Shown here: positions 9,789 to 19,712 of the stretch, in pieces
Layout: every line of letters begins with the position of its first letter
Numbering within the stretch: position 1 is the stretch's first letter
Assembly (NCBI GenBank): GCA_965204535.1
Contig: CBDBEV010000001.1
Span: 832,001-896,000 of the forward strand
Source: a bacterium
GTDB taxonomy: Bacteria > UBA8248
Direction of reading: 5' to 3'
DNA: 64,000 nucleotides
Made by a program: the position numbers and the translations under genes
The notes under the pieces: generated by a model
The model's input: the letters and a program-made list of their open reading frames with translations, nothing else
What the model was told of the DNA's origin: nothing
Database searches by the model: none

Positions 9789-11000
9789 TTATTTCCTGGT
9801 AACTTCTGAGCCTGCGGCCATAACGACCTTCGATTCGATGAGTGCGTGAATTTGCTCATCCCGATAAAGAAGAAGATCGCGGAGAATTGCCTCGGTGTTA
9901 CCCCCGTGAAGGGGAGCGGGTGCCGGGTCAGGGTTTCCGTTTGCCGTGCGATTCAGGATGGGGTTGCCCACGATTCTTACAGTTCCGACTTCGGGGTATT
10001 CATATTCGCGGATGAGGTGCCTTGCTTCGACCTGCTCATTGTCAAGCGCGCGATCGAGCGGGTTCACGGGTGCGGAGGGCACCCCCGCCGCCTCGAAGAT
10101 TTCAAGCCATTCCTCGCCCGAGCGGGTCATCAGAATTTCTTCCATAATGGGGAGGAGGACATCCCTGTTCTCGGAGCGCAGGTCGTTTGTGCGGAAACGT
10201 GGGTCGTCCGCCAGTTCATCCATGCCCATGACCTCGCACATCTTTTTCCAGAAGCGCTCCTCGCGCGGGGAGAGGACGATGTAGATCGTGGCCGTCGGGA
10301 ATGCCTGGTAGGGCACCATGTACTCATGGGCGTTGCCGGGCGGCTCTGGTATGTCGCCGTTGTTGAGATACATGGTCGAGATATAGCCGAGCATGGCGAG
10401 TTGAACGTCGAACATCGGCACTTCAAGGTGCGTTCCGCTTCTTCCTTTCGCCTTGGCCAACAGGCCCGCCATGCAGGCGATGGCGGTATAGAGGGCGGTG
10501 GAGATATCCGCCGTGGGCGATCCGTTTCTGGCGGGCGGGCGGTTCGGCTCGCCTGTGATGGCCATGTGGCCGCTTACGGCCTGCTCGACCAGATCGAAAG
10601 CGGGTTTATCGCGCCAGGGGCCTTGTTCCCCGTATCCGCTCGAGTCGACGAACACGATATCTGGGTTCCTCTGCTTCATGACGTCGTATCCAAGACCCAG
10701 CCGTTTCATCGTGCCGGGCCGGAAGTTCACCATTACGGCGTCTGATTCCTCCACTAGGTCCAAAAACACTTCCTTGCCTTCGGGTTTTTTCAGGTCGATG
10801 ACGATACCCTTCTTACCCCGGTTGAAGGTGAGAAAGATGCTCGAAACGGGGCCGATGCCCGCAATGGCGGGGTTGCGCCCGATGTCTCCTTGGGGAGATT
10901 CGACCTTGATGACCTCGGCCCCCATATCGGCGAGGATCATGCTGCCGATGGTTCCGGCGATGACCTGCCCGAGATCGAGGATGCGGTAGCCTGCCAGCAT
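9789..11000 (-). CDS. CaiB/BaiF family III CoA-transferase
   Basis: LADMGAEVIKVE, NRGKK, NFRPG, GYGEQGPWRDKPAFD. Confidence 0.92.
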   Translation of the reverse strand: MLAGYRILDLGQVIAGTIGSMILADMGAEVIKVESPQGDIGRNPAIAGIGPVSSIFLTFNRGKKGIVIDLKKPEGKEVFLDLVEESDAVMVNFRPGTMKRLGLGYDVMKQRNPDIVFVDSSGYGEQGPWRDKPAFDLVEQAVSGHMAITGEPNRPPARNGSPTADISTALYTAIACMAGLLAKAKGRSGTHLEVPMFDVQLAMLGYISTMYLNNGDIPEPPGNAHEYMVPYQAFPTATIYIVLSPREERFWKKMCEVMGMDELADDPRFRTNDLRSENRDVLLPIMEEILMTRSGEEWLEIFEAAGVPSAPVNPLDRALDNEQVEARHLIREYEYPEVGTVRIVGNPILNRTANGNPDPAPAPLHGGNTEAILRDLLLYRDEQIHALIESKVVMAAGSEVTRK

Positions 11001-11016
11001 TGGAGAAATCCTTACA

Positions 11017-11448
11017 TTAAGTTCGGGGAGCGGCCGTCGCCGTCGCCTTGATGAGCACGTCGCCCCGCTGGTTCTCGGCGCTCGCCTCGATTTTCACCAA
11101 CCGTTTTCCTTCTTCTTCATATTGACGCACGACCCTGGCCTTGCAAATCACCATGTCGCCCGGCCATGCCTGCGCGCTGAAGCGTATTTTCAAGTTCTTG
11201 AAAGAATCAGGCCCCAGCCACTCGCTGAGCAGGCGGGCAAGATACCCGCCCTGGAGCATCCCGTGCGCGAAAGGTTTGTCGAAGCCAGCTCTGATGGCAT
11301 AAATCTCATCGTGGTGGTTGGGGTTGAAATCCCCACTTGCGCCCGCGTAGCGGACGAGGTCCGTGCGCGTGATGGGCCCTAAAGTAAGTTCGCACTCGGC
11401 GCCCTCGGGGAGTTCTTCCCATTTCGCGTATTCAACGCTCGTAGTCAT
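11017..11448 (-). CDS. MaoC-like dehydratase (hotdog fold)
   Basis: YAGASGDFNPNHHD...AHGM hydratase-2 motif. Confidence 0.9.
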   Translation of the reverse strand: MTTSVEYAKWEELPEGAECELTLGPITRTDLVRYAGASGDFNPNHHDEIYAIRAGFDKPFAHGMLQGGYLARLLSEWLGPDSFKNLKIRFSAQAWPGDMVICKARVVRQYEEEGKRLVKIEASAENQRGDVLIKATATAAPRT

Positions 11449-11460
11449 GTGAAAGCTCCA

Positions 11461-11928
11461 TCAGGCCTCTTTGGGAGGGGCCGCGGTTTCGATGAGTGTG
11501 CGCCTCGCCACCTGAACCAGTTCGCCCGCCTCGTCCACGAACCTCGTTTCGATGACGACGAAGGTCATCATGCCCCCCCGGCGGCCTTCTTTCTCGCGGG
11601 TGGAGACGATGGCGTTTCTTCCCTTTAGGTTCATGCCGGCTACCAAGGGCTTGTGGTATTCGAATTCCTGCTCCCCGTGGAGGCGCCGTTTGGGGTCGTA
11701 GCCCAGATGCGGCATGGGGTCGTTCCCGGGGTTTTCGTGCCAGAACTGGCGCACGAACGTGGGCGGAGCGAGCAGATCGTCAAAACCCGCTGCTCTGGCA
11801 GCTTCCAAATTCGTATGCACCGGGTCGGTAAGACCCAGGGCGAGGACGTATTCCCTGATTTTTCCGCGCTCGACCCGGAACTCGAACTCGGGGAATGATC
11901 TGTCCAGTACGCTTTTATCCAGCGGCAT
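11461..11928 (-). CDS. MaoC-like dehydratase N-terminal-domain protein (HadA-like partner)
   Basis: VERGKIREY, APPTF, LHGEQEFEYHKPL; adjacent to the MaoC gene. Confidence 0.88.
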   Translation of the reverse strand: MPLDKSVLDRSFPEFEFRVERGKIREYVLALGLTDPVHTNLEAARAAGFDDLLAPPTFVRQFWHENPGNDPMPHLGYDPKRRLHGEQEFEYHKPLVAGMNLKGRNAIVSTREKEGRRGGMMTFVVIETRFVDEAGELVQVARRTLIETAAPPKEA

Positions 11929-12021
11929 GAAATCGCTTCCTCACCAATATCGCTTCTTTGATTAAGTTGTCTTCAGTTTCGGTTTTTTGTGTGAAATCAT
12001 CAAGTATCATCGGCGAGATTC

Positions 12022-13164
12022 TCAAAGCCCCAGCGCCTTGGCGATGATGTTTCTCTGCACCTCGCTCGTGCCCGCGCCGATGGTGGCCAGCCGCGCGTCG
12101 CGGTAGTGGCGCTCCATGGCGTATTCTCCGCTGTAGCCGTATCCGCCCATCACCTGAACGCCCAGGTCGGCCACCCGCTTGTAGGCTTCGCCGGCATAGA
12201 GCTTGAGCGTCGCCGCCTCGATGCGCCCCGCCTTTCCCTGCGAGACCAGCCAGGCGAACCGGTAGACCTGGAGCCGCGCCGTATCGACGAGCATGTGCAT
12301 CTCGGTGAGCATGTGGCTGACGGCCTGGAATTTGCCGATGGGGCGGCCGAACTGCTTCCTCTCCTTTGCGTGATTGAGAGCCAGCTCGAGCGCCGACGCT
12401 GCCGCCCCCGTGCGCGCTGCGGAGAGGCACAGGCGCTCCGTGGTGATGTAGGCCATGAGAGCCTGCCAGCCGTCTCCCACCTCTCCCAGGACATCGGCTT
12501 CGCTCGCCTCCACGGCGTCATAATGCACCACGCAGGTGCCCATCGCGCGGTGGCCGAGCAAATCAAGCTTCGACCAGGTGACGCCCTCGGCGTCGGCGGG
12601 GATGATGAAGTTCGTGATGCCCTCGTGCTTGGCGCCCGAGTTGTCCGTCCGCGCGGCGACGAGGATGTGCGTGGCCGTCGGCATGCCGGAGGTGAAGTTT
12701 TTGGTGCCCGTGAGGCGGAAGCGGTCTTCTTCCCGGTCCGCGCGGGCGATGATGGCCGCAGCGTCGGAGCCGGCGTCGGGTTCTGTGAGGCTGAATGCGA
12801 AATATTTTTCCCCCTGGATGGTGGCGGGAATGAAATCTTTTTTCTGCGCGTCCGTTCCACTGACGAGCAGGGCGTCCACACCGTAGCAGACGTTTCTGAA
12901 GATCATGGTGGCGAGGTCCAGGTAGTGCATCCCAGCGGTTTCGAGGACGAGGGCAAGATCCAGCGCATCGCCTCCCATGCCACCGTACTCTTCGGGTGTG
13001 GATACGCCTATCCACCCGTCATTGGCCAGGGCCTTGTAAGCCTCGACGGGGGCTTCGCCTTTCTTGTCGCAATCCATTGCGTATTCAGGGGGGCAAACCC
13101 GTTCTAAAAGCTCATGCAGCGTGCGGCGCATGAGTTCCTGGCGCTCGTTGAAGGCGAAATCCAA
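12022..13164 (-). CDS. Acyl-CoA dehydrogenase
   Basis: FSLTEPDAGSDA, RKQFGRPIGKFQAV, GGYGY, IGAGTSEVQR. Confidence 0.93.
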   Translation of the reverse strand: MDFAFNERQELMRRTLHELLERVCPPEYAMDCDKKGEAPVEAYKALANDGWIGVSTPEEYGGMGGDALDLALVLETAGMHYLDLATMIFRNVCYGVDALLVSGTDAQKKDFIPATIQGEKYFAFSLTEPDAGSDAAAIIARADREEDRFRLTGTKNFTSGMPTATHILVAARTDNSGAKHEGITNFIIPADAEGVTWSKLDLLGHRAMGTCVVHYDAVEASEADVLGEVGDGWQALMAYITTERLCLSAARTGAAASALELALNHAKERKQFGRPIGKFQAVSHMLTEMHMLVDTARLQVYRFAWLVSQGKAGRIEAATLKLYAGEAYKRVADLGVQVMGGYGYSGEYAMERHYRDARLATIGAGTSEVQRNIIAKALGL

Positions 13165-13271
13165 ACCGGTGAACCTCGATCGTCAAGGGGAATTCCTGAT
13201 TCCGGGAGGCGATTGAACACCGCCACGCTCGAAAAATCAAGCCGCATGCGGGATCGGGCGCGAAAAAGCCC

Positions 13272-14240
13272 TCAATCCAGGACTTCGGGGTTGTGGATGT
13301 TTGTCGGTTGCCCGTCGGCGAAGGCGTTGATTTGATCGAAAGCGATACCGAAATATCTCTCGAACGTGCCGCGCGTGACGTAGCCCAGATGCGGTGTGCA
13401 AACCGTGTTCTCCATGCTCAGGAGTGGATGTTCGGCCCCTCGAACCGGCTCTTTTTCATAGACATCCACGGCGGCGAATCCGGGTCTTCCGGCCTTGAGC
13501 GCCGCTTCGAGCGCTCCTTCTTCTATCAGCCCCGCGCGGCTGGTGTTCACCAAGAGGGCGGTCGGTTTCATGAGGCTCAAATCCTTCGCCGTCACGATGC
13601 CCCTCGTCTCAGGCGTCAGGCGGATGTGCAGGCTCACGATGTCGGACTCGGTGAAGAGCGCCTCTTTGCTGTCGGCCATCGGAACGCCGTCCGTACGGGC
13701 GCGCTCGGCGGAGCCCTCTCTCCCGTAGGTGATGACGTTCATGCCGAATGCTTTAGCCACCGCGGCCACCTGGCTGCCGATGTTGCCGTAGGAATAAACG
13801 CCTAGCGTTTTGCCGTAGAGATCCTCGCCCAGTGTGGTTTGCCAGCCGCCTTCCGCCAGATTCCTGATTTCCTGGGGGATGGAACGCATGGCGCAGTGGA
13901 TGAGGCCCCAGGTGAGTTCACACGTGGAATGCGTACCGCTTCCCCCTGCGGCCACGGCCACCTTGTGGCGCGTGCAGGCTTCCAGGTCGACGTGTCCGCC
14001 GAAGCCTGCGCCCGTCTGACTCACGATTTTGAGATTGGGGAGTCTGTTGAGCAATTCTTCCGTGATGTGGGTTCGTTCCCTGATCAGGACGATGGCTTCG
14101 GCTTCCCGGAACCGCTCCGCGAGCGCGTCGATATCATCGAGCGTGTCGTTGTGGATGGTGACGTCGTGCCCAGCCATCTTGGAGAAACACTCGAGGTGCC
14201 GGATGCAGTCTTGATAATCATCTGAAATCACGACTTTCAT
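13272..14240 (-). CDS. D-2-hydroxyacid dehydrogenase family protein
   Basis: GVYSYGNIG Rossmann-like motif, LVNTSRA, DVYEKEP, TPHLGY. Confidence 0.9.
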   Translation of the reverse strand: MKVVISDDYQDCIRHLECFSKMAGHDVTIHNDTLDDIDALAERFREAEAIVLIRERTHITEELLNRLPNLKIVSQTGAGFGGHVDLEACTRHKVAVAAGGSGTHSTCELTWGLIHCAMRSIPQEIRNLAEGGWQTTLGEDLYGKTLGVYSYGNIGSQVAAVAKAFGMNVITYGREGSAERARTDGVPMADSKEALFTESDIVSLHIRLTPETRGIVTAKDLSLMKPTALLVNTSRAGLIEEGALEAALKAGRPGFAAVDVYEKEPVRGAEHPLLSMENTVCTPHLGYVTRGTFERYFGIAFDQINAFADGQPTNIHNPEVLD

Positions 14241-14371
14241 TCAGGAGTCCTTTCTGGCGCATTCATTGGAAGCAGGGGAAGAAGTCGGTTTTTTGTTAAT
14301 CATCTGAAGATGTATTATTATCCCCCCGGACGGGAATTTTCCCAAGCCGCGTCCGGGTTTCAGGAGAGGTA

Positions 14372-15469
14372 ATGGCAACGGCATCGGAGAGAAAAGTACA
14401 GCTTACCCGGATGGTCAAGGCGGGCGGGTGAGGTTCGAAACTGGGTCCGGAGGACCTGCGAGAGGCATTGAGCCAGTTTGAGCCGTTTTCAGACCCGAAC
14501 CTGCTCTACGGCACGAACGCCGGGGACGACACGGGCGTGTATCGGCTCAGAGAGGATTTGGCCATCGTCCAGACGGTGGATTTCTTCACCCCCATCGTGG
14601 ATGACCCATACGCCTATGGCCAGATTGCCGCGGCCAACGCGCTGAGCGATTGCTTCACCATGGGCGCACAGCCGATCACCGGGCTCAATCTGGTGGGTTT
14701 CCCCTGTCATATCGGACTGGATGTGCTGGGGAGAATCCTGGCCGGCGGCGCGGACAAGATGCGCGAGGCGGGCGGCGTCATCGTGGGTGGCCACAGCGTG
14801 GACGACGTGGAACCCAAATACGGCATCGCCGTTACCGGCACTGTCGACCCTCGGATAATGGTGACCAACCAGGGAGCGAAACCCGGCGACAAGCTCGTTT
14901 TGACGAAGAAAATCGGCACCGGCGTCGTGACGAACGTCACGAAACAGGTGAACCCGGTGCTTAAGGCGGCGCGCGGCATTTTCGGGAAAAACGGAAAGCT
15001 CCGCGACGGCGTGTTCGAAGAGGCCGTGGATTCGATGAAGGCGCTGAACAAAAATGCGAGCGAGTGCATGATGCGCGTGGGCGTGAACGCCTGTACCGAC
15101 GTAACCGGATTCGGCCTCCTGGGCCATCTGCACAACGTCATGGAGGCCAGCGGCGCGCGGGCGCGCGTCGTGTTCTCCGATGTGCCCCGGTTCGAGGATT
15201 TGCTCCCCCACGCCATTGCCGGCACGGCGGGTGGGGGCGATCGCAACCGCCTGTGGACGAAACCCTTCGTCGAGGCGAAACCGGGCGTTGATGAGGAGAT
15301 GCTCGCCCTGCTCAACGATGCGCAGACCTCCGGCGGACTCGTTATTGCGGTGGATGCGAATAAGGCGGGGGCGCTATTGGACGAGCTGCACGGGGCGGGC
15401 GTGGCTCCCGCCGCCGTATTCGGCGAGGTGGTGGAAGGCCCGGCCGGGAGTATTGAGCTAGAGCCGTAA
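14372..15469 (+). CDS. selD: Selenide, water dikinase containing selenocysteine (UGA at 14429-14431)
   Basis: ATG 14372 after AGGAGAGG reads MATASERKVQLTRMVKAGG-U-GSKLGPEDL in frame with the 14468 ORF; UxxK occupies the catalytic CxxK position; DDTGVY, TVDFFTP, DVTGFGL, QTSGGL motifs. Confidence 0.93.
14443..14458 (+). promoter_or_regulatory. Putative bacterial SECIS hairpin of selD
   Basis: GGTCC-GGA-GGACC stem-loop with G-containing loop ~12-25 nt downstream of the UGA. Confidence 0.7.
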
Positions 15470-15496
15470 CTCTTGTCTTTTAGCGAGGGAGCGTTT

Positions 15497-15961
15497 ATGG
15501 AAAAGGCCATGTTCGGCGCAGGTTGTTTCTGGGGAGTGGAGGCGGCGTTCCGCAAGGTGGAAGGCGTGGCGTACACCGCTGTGGGGTACTCGGGCGGCGC
15601 GAAGGACGAGCCCACATACCGGGAAGTATGCACGGGCCGCACGGGGCATGCGGAGGTCGTCTATCTGGAGTTTGAACCCGAAAAAGTCTCCTATCAGGAG
15701 CTTTTGGATCTGTTCTGGCGGATTCACGACCCGTGCACGCTGAACCGCCAGGGGCCCGACGTGGGCACCCAGTACCGCTCGGCGGTTTATTTCTTCTCAT
15801 CCGAGCAGGAAGCCGCGGCGCAGGCGTCCAGGCAGGAGCAGGAGGCGTCAGGGCGTCATTGGGGGCCGATAGTGACCGAGATTACGCAGGCTTCGCGATT
15901 CTGGATGGGCGAGGACTACCACCAGCAGTATGCCGAGAAAAACGGGATCATCTGCCACTAG
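15497..15961 (+). CDS. msrA: Peptide-methionine (S)-S-oxide reductase
   Basis: GCFWGVE, TGHAEVV, RQGPDVGTQYRS, EDYHQQY. Confidence 0.95.
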   Translation: MEKAMFGAGCFWGVEAAFRKVEGVAYTAVGYSGGAKDEPTYREVCTGRTGHAEVVYLEFEPEKVSYQELLDLFWRIHDPCTLNRQGPDVGTQYRSAVYFFSSEQEAAAQASRQEQEASGRHWGPIVTEITQASRFWMGEDYHQQYAEKNGIICH

Positions 15962-15978
15962 GCGCGTCTGATCGCATC

Positions 15979-16018
15979 AGCCCTCGGCGGGGTCACAAGC
16001 CTGCCGGGGGCTTTTTTT
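15979..16018 (+). terminator. Rho-independent terminator downstream of msrA
   Basis: AGCCCTCGGCGGG...CCTGCCGGGGGCT stem followed by T7, between convergent genes. Confidence 0.75.
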
Positions 16019-16020
16019 GG

Positions 16021-16860
16021 TTAACCGTATTGCGCCACGACGCCGGCCAACTCGTCGAGTTTCGGCAAGATGACGTCTTCCTCCGCCGAGGGCAGGGGGA
16101 ACAGGCACCTGCCCACGCCCAGGTCCTCGTAAGCGCGCAACTCCTCCAGGTCGGGGGGCGCAAAGAATATGGTGACCGGAACGGGTGGGCGTCCCGCCTT
16201 GGCGGCCATATCCTGGAGTTCCCGGATTCGCGGCGCGAGGTCCAGGCCCCCGCGCGGCAGCGGCATCCACTCATCCCCGTAGCGAATCACGCGATCGAGC
16301 GTCCTCGCCCCGTTTCCGCCCACGAGTATGGGCGGGTGCGGTTTCCGGACCGGTTTGGGCCAGGACCAGATGCGCTCGAAATCCACGAAATCGCCATGAT
16401 AGCTCGCCTCATCCTCCGTCCAGATGGCTTTCATCGCCTCGATGCGCTCGCGCAGGACGATCCAGCGCTTCTGGTAGTTCGTCCCGTGGTTTTCCATCTC
16501 CTCGCGGTTCCAGCCGCCGCCGATCCCGAAAAGCACGCGGCCGTTCGAGATGTGATCGAGCGAAGCCACCTCGTTGGCCAGGGTGATGGGGTCGCGCTCG
16601 ATGACGAGGCAGATGCCCGTGCCGAGCATGATTTTTTCCGTCGCGGCCGCCGCGGCGCCTAACGCCACGAAAAGGTCGAGCGAGTGGGAGTATTCTTTCG
16701 GGAGTTCCGCACCGCCGGGCCAGGGGGTTTTCCGGCTCGCTGGAATATGGGTGTGCTCCGGGAAGAAGATGGACTCGAAACCCCGGTCTTCCGCCTCCTT
16801 GGCGACCCGGTGCGGGGCAATGGAATAATCGGTCGGGAAAATCGCGACGCCGAATTTCAT
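16021..16860 (-). CDS. LLM-class probable F420-dependent oxidoreductase (Rv2161c-like)
   Basis: MKFGVAIFPTD, FPEHTHIP, GIGGGWNREE, WPKP motifs. Confidence 0.85.
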   Translation of the reverse strand: MKFGVAIFPTDYSIAPHRVAKEAEDRGFESIFFPEHTHIPASRKTPWPGGAELPKEYSHSLDLFVALGAAAAATEKIMLGTGICLVIERDPITLANEVASLDHISNGRVLFGIGGGWNREEMENHGTNYQKRWIVLRERIEAMKAIWTEDEASYHGDFVDFERIWSWPKPVRKPHPPILVGGNGARTLDRVIRYGDEWMPLPRGGLDLAPRIRELQDMAAKAGRPPVPVTIFFAPPDLEELRAYEDLGVGRCLFPLPSAEEDVILPKLDELAGVVAQYG

Positions 16861-16906
16861 GGTGTGCTCTCCTGGTTCTGAATGGTGAACAATGCGCTCG
16901 TCATTC

Positions 16907-18229
16907 CTACCTTATGCCCAGGGGGTTCGGTTTTTGCCCCTCGGGGATGATGGGGTCGTAGGTAAACCCCCTCGTCTTCTCTTGGAATTCCTCCCGCACC
17001 TGCCTCAATACGTTCTCATCGCCGATGAGTTCGAGCGCGGTGGCCGCCATGGTCTTGGCGGCGGTCATCATGCCCTTCTCCCCGATTTCCATCCCGTATT
17101 GCTGGGTGGCGAGCCATGAGTGCCCCGGCGTTCCGGGCGCGTGGCAGGTCGTCATGAGGTTGCCCAGGGGCGTGAGCCAGCTCACGTTGCCGCGCTCGTT
17201 GCTCGGGCGGATGTCCGCCGGGTCGAGGGGGGAGACTTCTTCTGAGAGCGGCGTCTCGTAGCCCAGTTTGCGGGCGAATTCCTTCGCCTCGTCCGAATAG
17301 CTGTGCGCCCCCACGAATTCGAGGTTTCGCTGCACGCAGTGGGCCAGGGCGCTGTTGGGAAGGTTCTCGTACACGGCGGTGAGGAGGGTTTCCTTCATCG
17401 TGGTGCCCGACGCCAGCGCGCCCGCCTTCGCGCAGTTTCGCACGCGTTCGCTCAGTTCGTTCACCATCGCTCTCTTGGGCGCGCGGACGTAGTACCACAC
17501 GCGCGAGTAGGAGGGCACGACGTTGGGCGCCACGCCGCCGTCGGTGATGACGTAGTGGATCTTGACCGGCTCGATGACGTGCTCGCGCATCATGTTGACG
17601 CCGTAGTTCATGATCTCCACGCCGTCGAGCGCGCTCCTGCCGTTCCAGGGGTCGCGGGCCGAGTGGGCGGTCTCGCCGTAAAACTCGAAGACGATGGAGT
17701 CCATCGCGTTGGTGCTGCCGCCCCGGGTGAAGCTCTTATCCCCGGGGTGCCAGGTGACGGCGGCGTCGAGGCCGTCGAACGCGCCGTCGCGCGCCATGTA
17801 CACCTTGCCCTCCAGGGTCTCCTCCGCCGGGCAGCCGTAACATACGACCTGGCCCTTCGTCCCCGATTCGCGCAGGGCGCGCGCCGCCGCAATCGCCGCG
17901 TAGGAACTCGCCGTGCCGAAGAGGTTGTGCCCGCAGCCGTGGCCCTGTTTCTCGTGGGAGTCGCCGCAGTGGGGCAGCGCGTCGTACTCCCCGAGTATTC
18001 CCACGGCGGGGCCGCTATCGCCCCACCTGGCGATGAAGGCGGTGGGCAGGTCGCCCACCCCGCGCTGCACCTCGAACCCGTTTTGCTCGAGCACGTCCTC
18101 GAGCAGTTCCGCGGACTTGAATTCCTCTAAAGCGATTTCCGCGAAGTTCCAGATTTCGCGGGCGATTTCGCGCGCCTCGCCCGCCTGCCCGTCGAGGTAA
18201 TCGACGGCATGTCGTTTGAGATCGTCCAT
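16907..18229 (-). CDS. M20 family amidohydrolase (AbgB-like)
   Basis: GEYDALP, GHGCGHN, CPAEE, WHPG, GRSALD; start MDDLK at 18229 after GGAGGA. Confidence 0.88.
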   Translation of the reverse strand: MDDLKRHAVDYLDGQAGEAREIAREIWNFAEIALEEFKSAELLEDVLEQNGFEVQRGVGDLPTAFIARWGDSGPAVGILGEYDALPHCGDSHEKQGHGCGHNLFGTASSYAAIAAARALRESGTKGQVVCYGCPAEETLEGKVYMARDGAFDGLDAAVTWHPGDKSFTRGGSTNAMDSIVFEFYGETAHSARDPWNGRSALDGVEIMNYGVNMMREHVIEPVKIHYVITDGGVAPNVVPSYSRVWYYVRAPKRAMVNELSERVRNCAKAGALASGTTMKETLLTAVYENLPNSALAHCVQRNLEFVGAHSYSDEAKEFARKLGYETPLSEEVSPLDPADIRPSNERGNVSWLTPLGNLMTTCHAPGTPGHSWLATQQYGMEIGEKGMMTAAKTMAATALELIGDENVLRQVREEFQEKTRGFTYDPIIPEGQKPNPLGIR

Positions 18230-18531
18230 GTCTTCCTCCACATGGTGATGCGGATACCGATGATTGGATGGGGCGATTATAGCCCAGACAAGGCGTTTCG
18301 TATACGGGGCCGCAGGATGAGCCGGTCGCGGCGGCGGGGGATGGGGGCGCGCCCGAATGCGGGCAGTTGCGGGCAAATGCGCGGGAGGCGAAAAACTTTT
18401 TTTTGGCCTGAATCTTAGTGGGCGGCGCTCAGATTTAATTCATAACCTGCATGATTACAATGGTTTACGAGAACGGTATTTTTCAGGAATTTATCGAATA
18501 ACATCGTGAATTTCTCGAATTTTACGGGAAA

Positions 18532-18550
18532 TATGATTATTTTCATTATC
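18532..18550. promoter_or_regulatory. Fur-box-like site
   Basis: Reverse complement GATAATGAAAATAATCATA matches 15/19 of consensus GATAATGATAATCATTATC, in an AT-rich intergenic patch. Confidence 0.5.
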
Positions 18551-18779
18551 GCGCCGTCCTGGAACCCATTCTCGTCACTCTTCCCCGCTCCATCGCCGGG
18601 TCCCATGAGAAAGCCTCCTCTCCCTGCGCCTCCATCCGCCGGGGAAAACCACTTCCCCGCGCAGCGCGCAAGATAGCGCAGTCCGCTGTTTCATTGATGA
18701 CGGCAATTGCGGGGAAATGCGGGGCGGTTTCGAGAGGGCGGGGTTTTGAAAACCTTTGTCTGGCCCTCCGCAAACGGCC

Positions 18780-19560
18780 AACGCCTCTTTCCTCACCCTG
18801 AGTAGCCGCCGAAGGTAAAACGTGACTGAGAAAGGAGCGTTTGTATCGAAGGGCGAGGGGCTCGCGTCGTGGCGAGAGGGCATCCTTCGATACGCGGCTT
18901 CGCCGCTACTCAGGATGAGGCGATGTGGTTTTGTTCGTCATTCCGGCGCATGCCGGAATCCAGAGCGGACGGGCATGGAAGATATGTGGGAATAAGGCAA
19001 GCCGGTGTAGGTTGCCTGGTTCCATGAACACTGGTGCTCTCATTGATTCTGGATTCCGGCTTTCGCCGGAATGACGGCCAAAAACGAACCATGGGCGGTC
19101 ACGGGGGCAGGGCGGACACATAGTCAGACATATATGTCTGACCCCTACGGGTTCGTTTCGATTTTCGTGGCTTGTAGGGACAGGTCGCGACCTGTCCTTG
19201 TTATTCTCCTCATCGACCGAAATAAATCGCCGTCATTCCCGCATCGTGGTTCGGTCTCAATGGGTGCAAGGGGGTGTAGGGGTCGCATATATGCGACCCG
19301 CATCGTGGAGGCGAAAGAAAGGGCCGCATATATGCGGCCCCTACACGCGGGTGGTGGCCTTTACAGATTGCCGAAAGCCGGAATGGCGGCCACGGCGAGC
19401 AGGGCGGCCACAGGGGGCCGCCCCTACGGGTTTGTTTCAATACACGCGGTTTCCGTAGTAGGGACAGGCCCCTGTGCCTGTCCGAGGCCCCTGTGCCTGT
19501 CCGAAACCCCCGCGCCTGTCCGAAACCCCCGCGCCTGTCCGAAACCCCCGCGCCGCATGT
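18780..19560. repeat. Palindromic repeat mosaic 1 (CTGAGTAG/GTATCGAAGG-type, CGTC-type, GTAG-type, 19-bp tandem)
   Basis: CGTCATTCCGGC..GCCGGAATGACG doublet 18936-19076; GTAGGGACAGGTCGCGACCTGTCC; GTAGGGGTCGCATATATGCGACCC; 19-bp tandem 19467-19554. Confidence 0.9.
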
Positions 19561-19712
19561 GCTCATTCGATTGCTTATCCCGCGGCATGAAAGCTATGAT
19601 ACCCTCGCCTTCGCGCGTACCCACGCAATCACTGTTTTCCGGTAACGGTTCAGGGTTTCCTGAAAAAGCCCGCCGGATTGTTGAAATTTTACCTTCTTTT
19701 ATGGAGAAAATC

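Noticed and set aside
14429-14431. selD as a nonsense pseudogene or starting at 14468
   Set aside because: The TGA lies exactly at the catalytic Cys/Sec position and is followed by a SECIS-like hairpin
19467-19554. Possible CRISPR array
   Set aside because: Units are contiguous 19-mers with no unique spacers, and no cas genes are present
18415-19712. Short ORFs and the 214-aa N-terminal extension of the aldo/keto reductase
   Set aside because: They translate palindromic repeats; the same pseudo-peptides recur at other mosaics
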